DNA from: an uncultured Candidatus Saccharibacteria bacterium
Lineage (GTDB): Bacteria > Patescibacteriota > Saccharimonadia > Saccharimonadales > AWTP1-31
Assembly: GCA_964536985.1 (NCBI GenBank)
Contig: CAZIBG010000004.1
Location: 3,595 to 67,594, forward strand
DNA length: 64,000 nucleotides
Direction: 5' to 3'
Part shown: positions 17,764 to 27,128 of the stretch, piece after piece
Position numbering within the stretch: position 1 is the first letter of the stretch
Layout: each line of letters opens with the position of its first letter
Program-made: the position numbers and the translations under genes
The notes under the pieces: model-generated
Databases searched by the model: none
What the model saw: only the letters and a program-made list of their open reading frames with translations
Told to the model about the DNA's origin: nothing

Positions 17764-20343
17764 ATGAAGAATATTATACGTTTATACAGCCTATTCCAAC
17801 CAACACACTACGATCTGGAAATTGTTCCGAACAAAGACACAATGACCTTTTCGGGGACCGTTATCATTACTGGTCAGAAAGTCGGTCGTCCAAGTAAGCG
17901 AATTACCCTCCATCAGAAAGAACTCAAAGTAACATCAGCTAAACTTGAGCACCATTCTAAGCAGGGTGTCCAGGAAATAAGCCTTGATCGCATCAACCTT
18001 CATAACGGGTCAAACGAAGTGCGACTACATAGTGATCAGAATCTTAATGCTGGTAAATACACCATCACCTTATCTTTCACCGGTAAAATTAGCACAAACA
18101 TGCTGGGCATGTATCCGAGCAACTTTGTCCACGACGGCAAAGCGAAACAACTTATTGCCACGCAGTTCGAGAGCCACCATGCCAGGCGGGCTTTTCCTTG
18201 TGTCGATGAGCCAGAAGCAAAGGCCACATTTCAATTAACGCTTACTGTTCCCAAGGGAGAAGTTGCACTTTCCAATACACCTGCAGAAAAAACTTCCAAA
18301 GCTTCCGGTCTCCCCGGCTTCGTTCGCACCACCTTTGAAGTAACACCAAAAATGAGCACCTACTTGTTGGCATTCGTATATGGCGAAATGCATTACTTTG
18401 AAGTCGCTACTAAGAGCGGTATTGCTGTACGGAGCTGGTCAAGTGTTGCTCGTCCTAAGGAGCAGCTAGAATATTCTGCTCGTGAGGGGGCACGGTTGCT
18501 AGACTTTTATGCTGAGTATTACGGTATCCCTTACCCACTAGCAAAACTTGATCAAGTTGCGCTACCTGATTTTGATGCGGGCGCTATGGAAAACTGGGGC
18601 TTAGTGACATACCGAGAGATTGCATTACTGGCCGACCCAACTAATCCTTCCATCTCACAGGAACAATACGTATCAATCGTTGTTGCCCATGAACTGGCGC
18701 ATCAGTGGTTTGGCAACCTGGTTACCATGAAGTGGTGGGATGACCTTTGGTTGAACGAAAGTTTCGCAAGCATTATGGAACACTTAGCACTTGATGCTAT
18801 TCATCCTGACTGGCAGCAATGGGAGATGTATACTGCCACTGACATCCCTAGTACCACCTCAAGAGACATTTACCGTGATATCCAGCCAGTTGGTGTCGAG
18901 ATCAATGACGTGGAGCTGATAGAAACCGCCTTCGACCCAGGAATCGTTTATGCCAAAGGTGGTCGCTTAATCAAGATGCTCCGTGAGTATATTGGAGATA
19001 AAGACTTTTCTGCTGCTCTGAAGGTCTACTTCACAAAACATAGTTACGGAAATACATCTCGCGAGGACTTGTGGAGCGCCATGAGCGAAGTTAGCGGCAA
19101 AGACATACACGCACTCATGACGCCATGGCTCACCAAGCCGGGCCTTCCAGTTGTACTAATCGATCAAGACGGTTCAGAGATACGGTTATCTCAGAAGCGC
19201 TTTGCACTTGACGAGGACAATAGCGAATCTCTCTGGCCGGTTCCACTACTGACCGATACGCCAACTAGCGAAGACATATTAACCACCAGGACGGCTAAGA
19301 TATCTATAAGTGGCAATAAATATGCTCTCTTTAACCAATTCGGTAGCGGTCATTACATTGCACAGTACGCATCACCTAAACATCGTTCTTACATTGCTGA
19401 TCAGATCGAAGCTGGAGAATTACCAGTAGAAGCCAGGATAAACATCCTTAATGATATGTTGCTACTTGCACGTCGGGGGGATAGCCCATTAACTGACGCT
19501 CTTGAACTTGTCGTTCGCATGAAGAAAGAAGATCGCGATAATGTATGGGGTTTAATGGCTCGAGCGCTCGGAAGTGCAGGACAACTTACAGAAGGTGATG
19601 ACTCGACTGATGACGCATTAAAGCAGATTCGACATGACCTAGCGCAAGATATATATGAGTCACTAGGCTGGGATGATGCTGACGGCGATGATATGAATAC
19701 TAAGCAGCTACGACACACTGCCTTGGCCTTTATGGTTGGTAGCGAAGACACAAAAGTGATTGCCGAGGCTAAGAAACGCTACAGCGATGCAAAAGATCTT
19801 AATAGCATCGATGCTGAGATCCGAGGCACTATCTTAGTGGCACATATTCGTCATGGCAGCGAATCAGATGCACTTGAACTGCTAGATCAATACGAAGCTG
19901 CCGCTCCAGACCTGCAGCATGACATTGCTAGCGCACTAGCAAGTACAAGAGATCCAGTATTGGCAAAGAAGATCATGAGTAAAGCATTCGGTCCAAAGGG
20001 TATTGTACGTGACCAAGATGTTATGCGCTGGCTGGTTATCTTCCTCCGCAATCATTATATCCGCGAGACATCTTGGGCTTACTTGGTAGATAACTTTGAG
20101 TGGTTCGATGCTGTTCTGAGTCCAGGTAAACAGTATGATTACCTACCGACGTATTGTGCGAGCATGATTACGACTCTTGAGTGGAAGAAGAAGTACGATA
20201 AATTATTTGAACCACTTAAGTCACGCAAAGAGTTACAGAAGAATATCTTAATTGGTGAATCAGATATTGCGGCGCGTATAGCATGGCGTAATCGTGACGA
20301 AGCAAAGATTAAAAAGTTCCTAACTGACTACACTGCTAAATAG
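17764..20343 (+). CDS. pepN: M1-family aminopeptidase N
   Basis: 859 aa with the GAMENWG exopeptidase motif, the HELAHQWFGNLVTMKWWDDLWLNESFA zinc site (HExxH-x18-E) and an ERAP1-like C-terminal domain. Confidence 0.9.
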   Translation: MKNIIRLYSLFQPTHYDLEIVPNKDTMTFSGTVIITGQKVGRPSKRITLHQKELKVTSAKLEHHSKQGVQEISLDRINLHNGSNEVRLHSDQNLNAGKYTITLSFTGKISTNMLGMYPSNFVHDGKAKQLIATQFESHHARRAFPCVDEPEAKATFQLTLTVPKGEVALSNTPAEKTSKASGLPGFVRTTFEVTPKMSTYLLAFVYGEMHYFEVATKSGIAVRSWSSVARPKEQLEYSAREGARLLDFYAEYYGIPYPLAKLDQVALPDFDAGAMENWGLVTYREIALLADPTNPSISQEQYVSIVVAHELAHQWFGNLVTMKWWDDLWLNESFASIMEHLALDAIHPDWQQWEMYTATDIPSTTSRDIYRDIQPVGVEINDVELIETAFDPGIVYAKGGRLIKMLREYIGDKDFSAALKVYFTKHSYGNTSREDLWSAMSEVSGKDIHALMTPWLTKPGLPVVLIDQDGSEIRLSQKRFALDEDNSESLWPVPLLTDTPTSEDILTTRTAKISISGNKYALFNQFGSGHYIAQYASPKHRSYIADQIEAGELPVEARINILNDMLLLARRGDSPLTDALELVVRMKKEDRDNVWGLMARALGSAGQLTEGDDSTDDALKQIRHDLAQDIYESLGWDDADGDDMNTKQLRHTALAFMVGSEDTKVIAEAKKRYSDAKDLNSIDAEIRGTILVAHIRHGSESDALELLDQYEAAAPDLQHDIASALASTRDPVLAKKIMSKAFGPKGIVRDQDVMRWLVIFLRNHYIRETSWAYLVDNFEWFDAVLSPGKQYDYLPTYCASMITTLEWKKKYDKLFEPLKSRKELQKNILIGESDIAARIAWRNRDEAKIKKFLTDYTAK

Positions 20344-20674
20344 TTACAAGATCAGTAACAGCAAACCCTTTTCCCGAAACTGCAATGGCTGCTAATTCAT
20401 AATCACCTGACCAGGAGTGTCTTTGTACCCAACTTTCGGCTGCACGCGTCATCTGCGAGAGCTTTCGAGCCGTAATATACTCAAGGCCAGAACCGCTAAT
20501 GCTATTGGTGCGGTACTTTACTTCTACAAAATATATAACGTTGCTTCTCTTGGTTACAAGATCAATCTCACACCACTTGGTCCGCCAGTTTTGTTCAATA
20601 ATCCTATATCCTTCGTTCACAAGATAGGTGGCTGCAGCAGCTTCTGCTTGTCGGCCAATAGAAAAGCTTGTCAC
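20336..20674 (-). CDS. YraN-family (UPF0102) endonuclease-like protein
   Basis: 112 aa. GRQAEAAAATYLVNEGYRIIEQNWRTKWCEIDLV...YFVEVKYR is the typical YraN pattern. It overlaps the 3' end of pepN by 8 nt and the rnhB stop by 4 nt. Confidence 0.8.
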   Translation of the reverse strand: MTSFSIGRQAEAAAATYLVNEGYRIIEQNWRTKWCEIDLVTKRSNVIYFVEVKYRTNSISGSGLEYITARKLSQMTRAAESWVQRHSWSGDYELAAIAVSGKGFAVTDLVTI

Positions 20675-21225
20675 AGAAAAGCCTTAATTGGTTTATAACT
20701 CCTGCGGTGAAGTGGCGTTACGCCGAGTTCCGCGAGTGCAAGACTGTGTTGTTTTGTGCCATAGCCAACATGTTTCTCGAATCCAAAGCCTGGATACTTC
20801 TTTGACGCCAGTACCATGTAGTAATCTCGTGCAACTTTTGCAAGGATACTTGCAGCACTGACCGCCGGAATAAGATCGTCGGCCTTAACCAATGTACTGG
20901 CTGAACTATAGTTTGGTAGGAAATCGTAATCTCCATCAATAATTATTGAATCATATGGGACGGTAATCTGTTGGATTGCTCGTCCCATGGCCAGAGCAAC
21001 CGCTGCCGTTAGACCCAGGTTATCTACCTCACTTGGTGTTACCCAGCCCAAACCATACGTGGCTGTCTGTTTTATGACTTCCGCTAGCTCCTGGCGACGT
21101 TTGGCGGAAAGTTTTTTAGAGTCCTTAAGACCGGAGATAGGTTGGTTCAGTAGTACCGCACCGGCAACTAGCGGTCCGGCCCAGCATCCACGTCCCACTT
21201 CGTCAATTCCAACTACTAAATCCAT
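20671..21225 (-). CDS. rnhB: ribonuclease HII
   Basis: MDLVVGIDEVGRGCWAGPLVAGAV is a typical RNase HII N-terminus. I moved the start to the ATG at 21225. The tracked GTG at 21249 lies inside the rplS terminator stem. TATGAT ends 6 nt before this ATG. Confidence 0.9.
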   Translation of the reverse strand: MDLVVGIDEVGRGCWAGPLVAGAVLLNQPISGLKDSKKLSAKRRQELAEVIKQTATYGLGWVTPSEVDNLGLTAAVALAMGRAIQQITVPYDSIIIDGDYDFLPNYSSASTLVKADDLIPAVSAASILAKVARDYYMVLASKKYPGFGFEKHVGYGTKQHSLALAELGVTPLHRRSYKPIKAFL

Positions 21226-21239
21226 AGATTGATCATAAC

Positions 21240-21270
21240 AAAAAATCACCCCTTACGTTTGTAAGAGGTG
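21240..21270 (-). terminator. intrinsic terminator after rplS
   Basis: Minus strand CACCTCTTAC-aaac-GTAAGGGGTG (10 bp with one G-U pair) followed by ATTTTTGTT. Confidence 0.7.
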
Positions 21271-21291
21271 ACTATTTTTGACTTAAAAAGA

Positions 21292-21753
21292 TTATTCGGA
21301 CTTAGCTTCGTCGTCAGTGTTAGCTTCTGCCTGAGCGGCTTTTTCCGCTTCAACAATTGCTGCTGCAACGGCTGGATCTTCAGGTATTTCGTTAACATCC
21401 TTATCGAAAGCAACTGCTGCAAGTCGAGCACGCTTACCTGTTCGGTCTCGCATGTAAGTAAGATAGTTTCGACGAACTTTGCTTCGCTTCATGACTTCTA
21501 CTTTAAGAACAAGTGGTGAGTGCATAAGGTATGTCTTTTCCACGCCAATACCGCTGGCAACACGACGAACGGTGATGCTTGAGGTTAGGCTGTTCTTTTT
21601 GCTGACACGTAATACTAGTCCTTCGAAGATCTGAACACGCTCTTTGGCGCCTTCACGAATCTTCTGATGAACTTTAACGGTGTCTCCAGGACGGACGTCA
21701 ACGACAGCGTGTTTTTTATATCGGGCTTCGATTTGTTTTATAACTGATTCCAT
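21292..21753 (-). CDS. rplS: 50S ribosomal protein L19 with an acidic/Ala-rich C-terminal tail
   Basis: 153 aa. IEARYKKHAVVDVRPGDTVKVHQKIREGAKERVQIFEGLVLRV is canonical L19. About 35 extra C-terminal residues follow. Confidence 0.95.
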   Translation of the reverse strand: MESVIKQIEARYKKHAVVDVRPGDTVKVHQKIREGAKERVQIFEGLVLRVSKKNSLTSSITVRRVASGIGVEKTYLMHSPLVLKVEVMKRSKVRRNYLTYMRDRTGKRARLAAVAFDKDVNEIPEDPAVAAAIVEAEKAAQAEANTDDEAKSE

Positions 21754-21762
21754 ATCTAGACA

Positions 21763-21791
21763 ATTTTACAGTATTTCACCCTTGTGGTCAA
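21763..21791 (-). promoter_or_regulatory. candidate rplS promoter
   Basis: Minus strand TTGACC (21791-21786), a 17-nt spacer, then TG-n-TAAAAT (21768-21763). The -10 ends 9 nt before the ATG and there is no SD. Confidence 0.55.
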
Positions 21792-21817
21792 GCATCTAAA
21801 CACCGTACAATGAGGCT

Positions 21818-22951
21818 ATGGATTATAGCAAAGAAGCATTACGGAAACACAAAGAACTTAAGGGCAAGATTGGCGTTGTCTTAAAGGACCAACTCGATTC
21901 CAAAGACAAGCTCAGCACCTATTACACTCCGGGCGTAGCTGCAGTCAGTAGCTATGTAGCCGAACACCCTGAAGAAGCCCGAGATTACACTTGGCTGAAC
22001 AATAGCGTTGCAGTTATAAGTGATGGCTCAGCAGTGCTTGGCCTAGGCAACATCGGCCCCTATGGCGCCTTACCCGTCATGGAAGGTAAATCGATGCTAT
22101 TCAAGCATTTTGCAGATATCGATGCAGTACCAATTGTCTTGGACGTGCATACAGCTGACGAAATAGTATCTGTCGTAAAAGCGCTGGCTCCGAGTTTTGG
22201 CGGCATTAACCTCGAAGATATTGCCGCACCAATCTGTTTTGAGGTAGAAGACCGCTTAAAGGCAGAACTACACATTCCTGTGTTTCATGATGACCAACAC
22301 GGCACGGCAATTGTTGTGCTTGCTGGACTCATCAACGCTATGAAGGTGACCGGTCGGACCTTGGCTGACTGTCGAATTGTCTGCGTTGGAGCGGGAGCTG
22401 CTGGAACGGCAATCATGAAATTACTTAGTCTTTATGCGCATCCAGAGATACTTGCTGTAGATAGCAAGGGAATTATCTCGGCCACCCGAACCGATTTGAA
22501 TGATGAGAAGAAACAGTTGCTTGAATTTACCAACAAGAACAATGTTTCCGGAGATCTTGCACATGCTCTAACAGGCGCTGACATCTTTATTGGCGTATCA
22601 AAGGGCGGCTTGTTGACAGCAGAAATGATTAAAACTATGGCAAAAGACCCAATTATCTTTGCAATGGCCAACCCAACTCCAGAGGTTATGCCAGACGTTG
22701 CAAAAGAAGCTGGTGTAGCTGTCATGGCAACAGGACGAAGTGACTTTCCTAACCAGGTAAATAATGCCCTAGCCTTTCCTGGGATATTCCGTGGCGCACT
22801 CGATAACCGCGTAACACAAATTTCCGATGATCATAAATTGGCTGTTGCCGAGGTTATCGCCGGACTAGTTGAATCTCCTACTGCAGAGAATATTATCCCG
22901 GGGGTTTTGGACGAACGCCTTGTGCCAGCTATAGCTGCCGTGATTCGCTAG
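21818..22951 (+). CDS. NAD(P)-dependent malic enzyme (short, oxaloacetate-decarboxylating type)
   Basis: 377 aa with LSTYYTPGVAAVS, DGSAVLGLGNIGPYGALPVMEGKSMLFK and GAGAAGTA (the Rossmann motif). Confidence 0.9.
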   Translation: MDYSKEALRKHKELKGKIGVVLKDQLDSKDKLSTYYTPGVAAVSSYVAEHPEEARDYTWLNNSVAVISDGSAVLGLGNIGPYGALPVMEGKSMLFKHFADIDAVPIVLDVHTADEIVSVVKALAPSFGGINLEDIAAPICFEVEDRLKAELHIPVFHDDQHGTAIVVLAGLINAMKVTGRTLADCRIVCVGAGAAGTAIMKLLSLYAHPEILAVDSKGIISATRTDLNDEKKQLLEFTNKNNVSGDLAHALTGADIFIGVSKGGLLTAEMIKTMAKDPIIFAMANPTPEVMPDVAKEAGVAVMATGRSDFPNQVNNALAFPGIFRGALDNRVTQISDDHKLAVAEVIAGLVESPTAENIIPGVLDERLVPAIAAVIR

Positions 22952-22960
22952 AACAGTTTG

Positions 22961-23434
22961 CTAGTTATCGGACATCGACGACTGTAAAGAACCTTGTATG
23001 CTTGACTGATTAGTCTCTTGAGGATTTGGTGCGTCTTCCGGAAATGTGCTGAAACTAATTGCTGCAAGAATTGGAACCAAAATGACTGCTCGAATCCTGA
23101 TGGCATTTTCCCCGACGTGTCGTAAACGAGCTGATGCCAAAGGATCGTTTAGGAGGCCAACGGTCGTTTGGATTTCTTCACTCTTTTTACGCATTCTAAG
23201 CACATTTAGGGCATCAATAGCAAATATTGCCTTGTTGTCATAGTTATCGATTTCAGGCTGTGCATGTAGCTGATCAAGCTGACGCTTAACGCTTCTATGT
23301 TGCCGGTAGATGCGAGGGTCAAAGGCTCCATTGACACGATTCGCAGCTTTAACCTCATCTGTTGTTAATGCTCTTTCCTGTTCTGGCTTAACTGGCGTGA
23401 TTTTATTGGCAATACCTGTAAATAAAGTAATCAT
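22961..23434 (-). CDS. hypothetical protein with one C-proximal hydrophobic helix
   Basis: 157 aa. GGAG lies 5 nt upstream. The hydrophobic segment is AVILVPILAAISFS and the C-terminus is Ser/Gln-rich. No family recognised. Confidence 0.5.
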   Translation of the reverse strand: MITLFTGIANKITPVKPEQERALTTDEVKAANRVNGAFDPRIYRQHRSVKRQLDQLHAQPEIDNYDNKAIFAIDALNVLRMRKKSEEIQTTVGLLNDPLASARLRHVGENAIRIRAVILVPILAAISFSTFPEDAPNPQETNQSSIQGSLQSSMSDN

Positions 23435-23608
23435 GCTTGCTCCGTTTTAGATAGTATCCAGAGCAAAGGTGTGCAATTCTCGGTTTCGCCATTAGCTCTA
23501 CTTAGACAAGGCGACCAAATATAGTCTAAGTTTCAGGGCTGCAATTGCTCTGTTATGAGTATATTAACATAAGTAGATAGAATTGTCAATTATAACTATG
23601 GTTAGGAC

Positions 23609-25213
23609 CTACCCTAAAACACGGAAGACTTCTTCGACAGTTGTTTGACCATCAAGTAACTTAAGAAGTGCATTGTGCAACATGGTGAGCATCCCTCCCT
23701 GAACGGCTGCGTGCTCAAGAAGTTGCGTAGTGATTTGTCCACTCGGTTGAGATAGCAGATTACGTAATGGCTCACTCATGATCATTTGTTCTCGCAAGGC
23801 TATTTGCCCACTAAAACCAAAAGGATTTTCGGCAGAAGTACCTGGCTTATACAGCGTAATTCCCTGAAGATTAGGCTTTTGAACTGTCGGGGGTAGAGTG
23901 TCGACAATTTGCTGTAGTTGCTGGATTGTTTCTGGAGTTGGCTGATAAGCAATCTTTGTCTTGTCGTCCAATCTACGAACCAAACGTTGTGCCATAATCA
24001 TGCGGATAGCTGAGGTGAAGAGCGGGTTTTGGCCAATGATGTCAACCATTCTGGTCAGAGCCGCCGCAGACGAACTTGCGTGAAAGGTCGACAGCACCAA
24101 GTGACCAGTTAGCGAGGCCTGTAATGCGGTCTTTGCGGTATCGTTATCCCTGATCTCTCCGACCATTACTACATCTGGATCGAGACGGAGTACGGCCCTG
24201 AGGTTATTGGCAAAGTGAGATTCCTCGTTAGACTTACTGGTCACAGAAACCTGCGTAATACCTGCGAACTGGTATTCTACGGGGTCTTCGATTGTAATAA
24301 TCTTACGAGTATCACTATTCAGTGTGTTTAAGATGGAATAGAGTGTCGTTGTTTTACCGGATCCTGTGGGTCCCACGGCTAAGACAAGTCCACTGGGCTT
24401 CCGAATAATGTCATCAACGATCTTCCGCTCCGCAGGGTTAAGGCCGAGACGATCTAGGCTATACATATCGGCCTGCATATTGAAAAGACGCATAACGATA
24501 TCCATACCATTTATGGCAGGTACCGTTTCGACACGCAGGTTCATATCGACTGTGGACTCGTCGGCCATCTTAATCTTTTGAGTGATGTGTCCCTGCTGCG
24601 CTTGATCTGCAGAAGTAGAAACGTTAGCTGCACTAGCAATAGCTGCCGTAAGCATTCGGCTTCGTTCGGCACTAATACTGGCTATTGGGTGGAGCACTCC
24701 ATCTATACGGAAACGTATGCGGACGCTCTCTTTTTGATTCTCTACATGGATGTCGGATGCCTGTAGTTTGTGGGCCTGACTAGTGAGGTAGGCCAGCATG
24801 TCATCTGCTTTAACTTGCTCTAGAGTCGCAGAAACGGTTTGAACTAATGTTGAAGAAGACCCTTCGGTTATCTTTATGTCTTGGTAGACAACCTGTTTTG
24901 GTGGGTCGTACAATTTCATGTAATCTTGGTAGCCGGTGTCCGATATCAAACTATAGGTAACTCTTTGGTCGAGGAACCTATTGGTCAGGTTGGTCATGGT
25001 CTGTTGGGACGTGGTGGTAGTAATACCGAATTTGATAGCACCTTTAGATTCAATTAAAGGAATCACGCGCAGTGAGTACAATTCTTCTAGGGGCAACAAC
25101 TCTTTAAAAAGTGGCTTGGGGTCGTTATTGTAGGTATTGGTATAGCTCAGGCCCAGTAGCGTCGCCCGTCTAGCAGTATTTTGTTCTTCCGTTTCTCGGA
25201 TATCTTGAGTCAT
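23609..25213 (-). CDS. pilB: GspE/PilB-family type II/IV secretion (type IV pilus assembly) ATPase
   Basis: 534 aa. It has an N-terminal T2SSE_N-like region, Walker A GPTGSGKTTT, the Asp box IITIEDPVE, Walker B VVMVGEIRD and the His box LTGHLVLSTFH. Confidence 0.85.
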   Translation of the reverse strand: MTQDIRETEEQNTARRATLLGLSYTNTYNNDPKPLFKELLPLEELYSLRVIPLIESKGAIKFGITTTTSQQTMTNLTNRFLDQRVTYSLISDTGYQDYMKLYDPPKQVVYQDIKITEGSSSTLVQTVSATLEQVKADDMLAYLTSQAHKLQASDIHVENQKESVRIRFRIDGVLHPIASISAERSRMLTAAIASAANVSTSADQAQQGHITQKIKMADESTVDMNLRVETVPAINGMDIVMRLFNMQADMYSLDRLGLNPAERKIVDDIIRKPSGLVLAVGPTGSGKTTTLYSILNTLNSDTRKIITIEDPVEYQFAGITQVSVTSKSNEESHFANNLRAVLRLDPDVVMVGEIRDNDTAKTALQASLTGHLVLSTFHASSSAAALTRMVDIIGQNPLFTSAIRMIMAQRLVRRLDDKTKIAYQPTPETIQQLQQIVDTLPPTVQKPNLQGITLYKPGTSAENPFGFSGQIALREQMIMSEPLRNLLSQPSGQITTQLLEHAAVQGGMLTMLHNALLKLLDGQTTVEEVFRVLG

Positions 25214-25252
25214 GACCTTCTATTATATAGGCATAAGAACAATGCCACAAAG

Positions 25253-25280
25253 TTGTAAAGAATGAGCAGGGTTATATAAT
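25253..25280 (+). promoter_or_regulatory. candidate promoter for the SpoU/TrmH-family gene
   Basis: TTGTAA (25253-25258), a 16-nt spacer, then TATAAT (25275-25280). The -10 ends 6 nt before the ATG at 25287. Confidence 0.5.
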
Positions 25281-25286
25281 AGGTCA

Positions 25287-25799
25287 ATGATCAACGACCA
25301 TCGAGAAATTATAGTTGTCGCCCACGATATGCGAAGTATCCATAATGTTGGTTCCCTACTTCGTACCGCTGAGGGTCTAGGTATTACTGAGCTAGTGTTT
25401 AGTGGATATACACCACATCCTGCTTTTGAGGGTGACACCCGACTGCCGCATGTAGCATTGCGTCAGACAAACCAGATTCATAAGACCGCGCTTGGAGCTG
25501 AGTCGATGGTCAAGTGGCGCTATGCCGCTGATATCAAAGCAGTAATTGAGCAGTACAAAGACAATGGCTACGAAGTGATAGCTTTAGAGCAGACTAATGA
25601 TGCCGTTCCGCTGCCCGACTATCATGTACCCGAAAAGCTTGTTATCGTGCTTGGTCGTGAAGTGGAGGGCCTGGAGGACGATATTATTGAGGCATGCTCA
25701 AGTACGGTTGTTATTCCTATGTTTGGCAGCAAAGAGTCGTTCAACGTAGTTGAGGCGGCCACGATGGCCATGTACCATGCTAGATTTTCTTTAAAGTAG
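25287..25799 (+). CDS. SpoU/TrmH-family RNA 2'-O-methyltransferase
   Basis: 170 aa with the SPOUT motifs HNVGSLLRTAEGLGI, VLGREVEGL and ESFNVVEAATMAMY. Confidence 0.8.
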   Translation: MINDHREIIVVAHDMRSIHNVGSLLRTAEGLGITELVFSGYTPHPAFEGDTRLPHVALRQTNQIHKTALGAESMVKWRYAADIKAVIEQYKDNGYEVIALEQTNDAVPLPDYHVPEKLVIVLGREVEGLEDDIIEACSSTVVIPMFGSKESFNVVEAATMAMYHARFSLK

Positions 25800-25801
25800 A
25801 A

Positions 25802-27088
25802 CTAAAGTATCGATCCGACAGTTCTTGTCAGGAAGTATAAGGCTACGATAAGGGCAATAACGAGTAGATCAAGTAGTTTGTGAGTCATGATATATCGTTC
25901 GCCCTTAACGATGAACTTATGGGCTGCAAGGCTGTGCTTAACGAAGACGTACAGGCCTCCGCTGACAGCTGCTATAACAAGAAATGCTAGCACCCATATG
26001 TAATTCCCATTTGTTAGTAGCTGCAGTTTACTGACTTTCTTAGGCTCAGCTACTTCAGGTTTAACGTCGTCATTAGATATCTTATTGCCGACAAGCTCTG
26101 GCTCGAGAATGCTCAGTTTATATTCTTTGGCTGAATTCGTCAGATCAATATCAGAGACTGACTTAGCACCATTAATCTCTAATGTAACGGTGTGCTTACC
26201 AGACGCAACATTACTAAATGTCACCGTCCCTTTATCGTCAGTGTACCCAACTTGAGGATCGGAGTGTAGGGATGCTTTTATCCCCTTGGACGGCTTACCC
26301 GCCGTGTTGGTGACCGTTAATATTACGGTGTGAGAAGTGATCTCGTTAGAGGGGGTTGAGGTTTGGACCGGGGAAACAACTGCAGTTTTCTTTGTGGTGG
26401 TTGTAGTGACGGGTGGTGGTGGAGGCGTAGCGGCCGCTTTAGCTACATAAGGAGTGCCATACATTGCCACTATGATGGTCTGCTGGCTCGCTTCTATATC
26501 ACCACAGTTATATCCATCAGCATTGGCAACGCCAAACCCAACATCTTTGTAATCTGGATGGAGTAAGTTGTCGCGGTGCGTTGGGCTGTTATACCAACCC
26601 GTAATTACCTCGACACTGCGGTTGAATCCACAGGCAAGGTTTTCTCCGGCTTTGGAATAGCTGTACCCTGCGTTCGATATAAAGACCCATGGTGGACTTC
26701 CATCGGGAGTATTGTGGGACCAATAATTACGATTGGCCATGTCGTTAGCTTTTGCTTGTGCTGCGGTAGTGAGTTGTCCGTTTATACTTAAGTTCCCTAC
26801 TCCTGCGGTTGCTCGCCTGCTATTTGACTCGCCAAGTAAATCGGCTGTACTAATGCCTGTAGCATAGGCTAAGACGCTTGGCTCCGACACTGACTGATTT
26901 GTTGAGGCAACAGGACTGGCTCGGTTTATTCGTGGGCCACCTACAACAGATGCCAACATTAAGACTCCAGCCGTGATGATCAGTAAAGGCAAGAACGGCT
27001 TATAGACCTTCATAAAATGATTCGTTCTTTTTTGATGATGTCCGTGGCGTTTGCGATGCGGACTATGAGGAGCTGGACGTTCAGTCAT
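25802..27088 (-). CDS. membrane-anchored CAP/SCP (YkwD-like) domain protein
   Basis: 428 aa. An N-terminal basic/His-rich tail and TM helix are followed by the CAP motifs (ANDMANRNYWSHNTPDG, GENLACGF, GWYNSPTHRDNLL). Next come a Pro/Thr linker (PPPPPVTTTTT), a beta-sandwich-like segment and two C-terminal TM helices. Confidence 0.7.
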   Translation of the reverse strand: MTERPAPHSPHRKRHGHHQKRTNHFMKVYKPFLPLLIITAGVLMLASVVGGPRINRASPVASTNQSVSEPSVLAYATGISTADLLGESNSRRATAGVGNLSINGQLTTAAQAKANDMANRNYWSHNTPDGSPPWVFISNAGYSYSKAGENLACGFNRSVEVITGWYNSPTHRDNLLHPDYKDVGFGVANADGYNCGDIEASQQTIIVAMYGTPYVAKAAATPPPPPVTTTTTKKTAVVSPVQTSTPSNEITSHTVILTVTNTAGKPSKGIKASLHSDPQVGYTDDKGTVTFSNVASGKHTVTLEINGAKSVSDIDLTNSAKEYKLSILEPELVGNKISNDDVKPEVAEPKKVSKLQLLTNGNYIWVLAFLVIAAVSGGLYVFVKHSLAAHKFIVKGERYIMTHKLLDLLVIALIVALYFLTRTVGSIL

Positions 27089-27128
27089 TACGATTTATTG
27101 TATCCCAGTTTATCGTAAAACATAAGTA

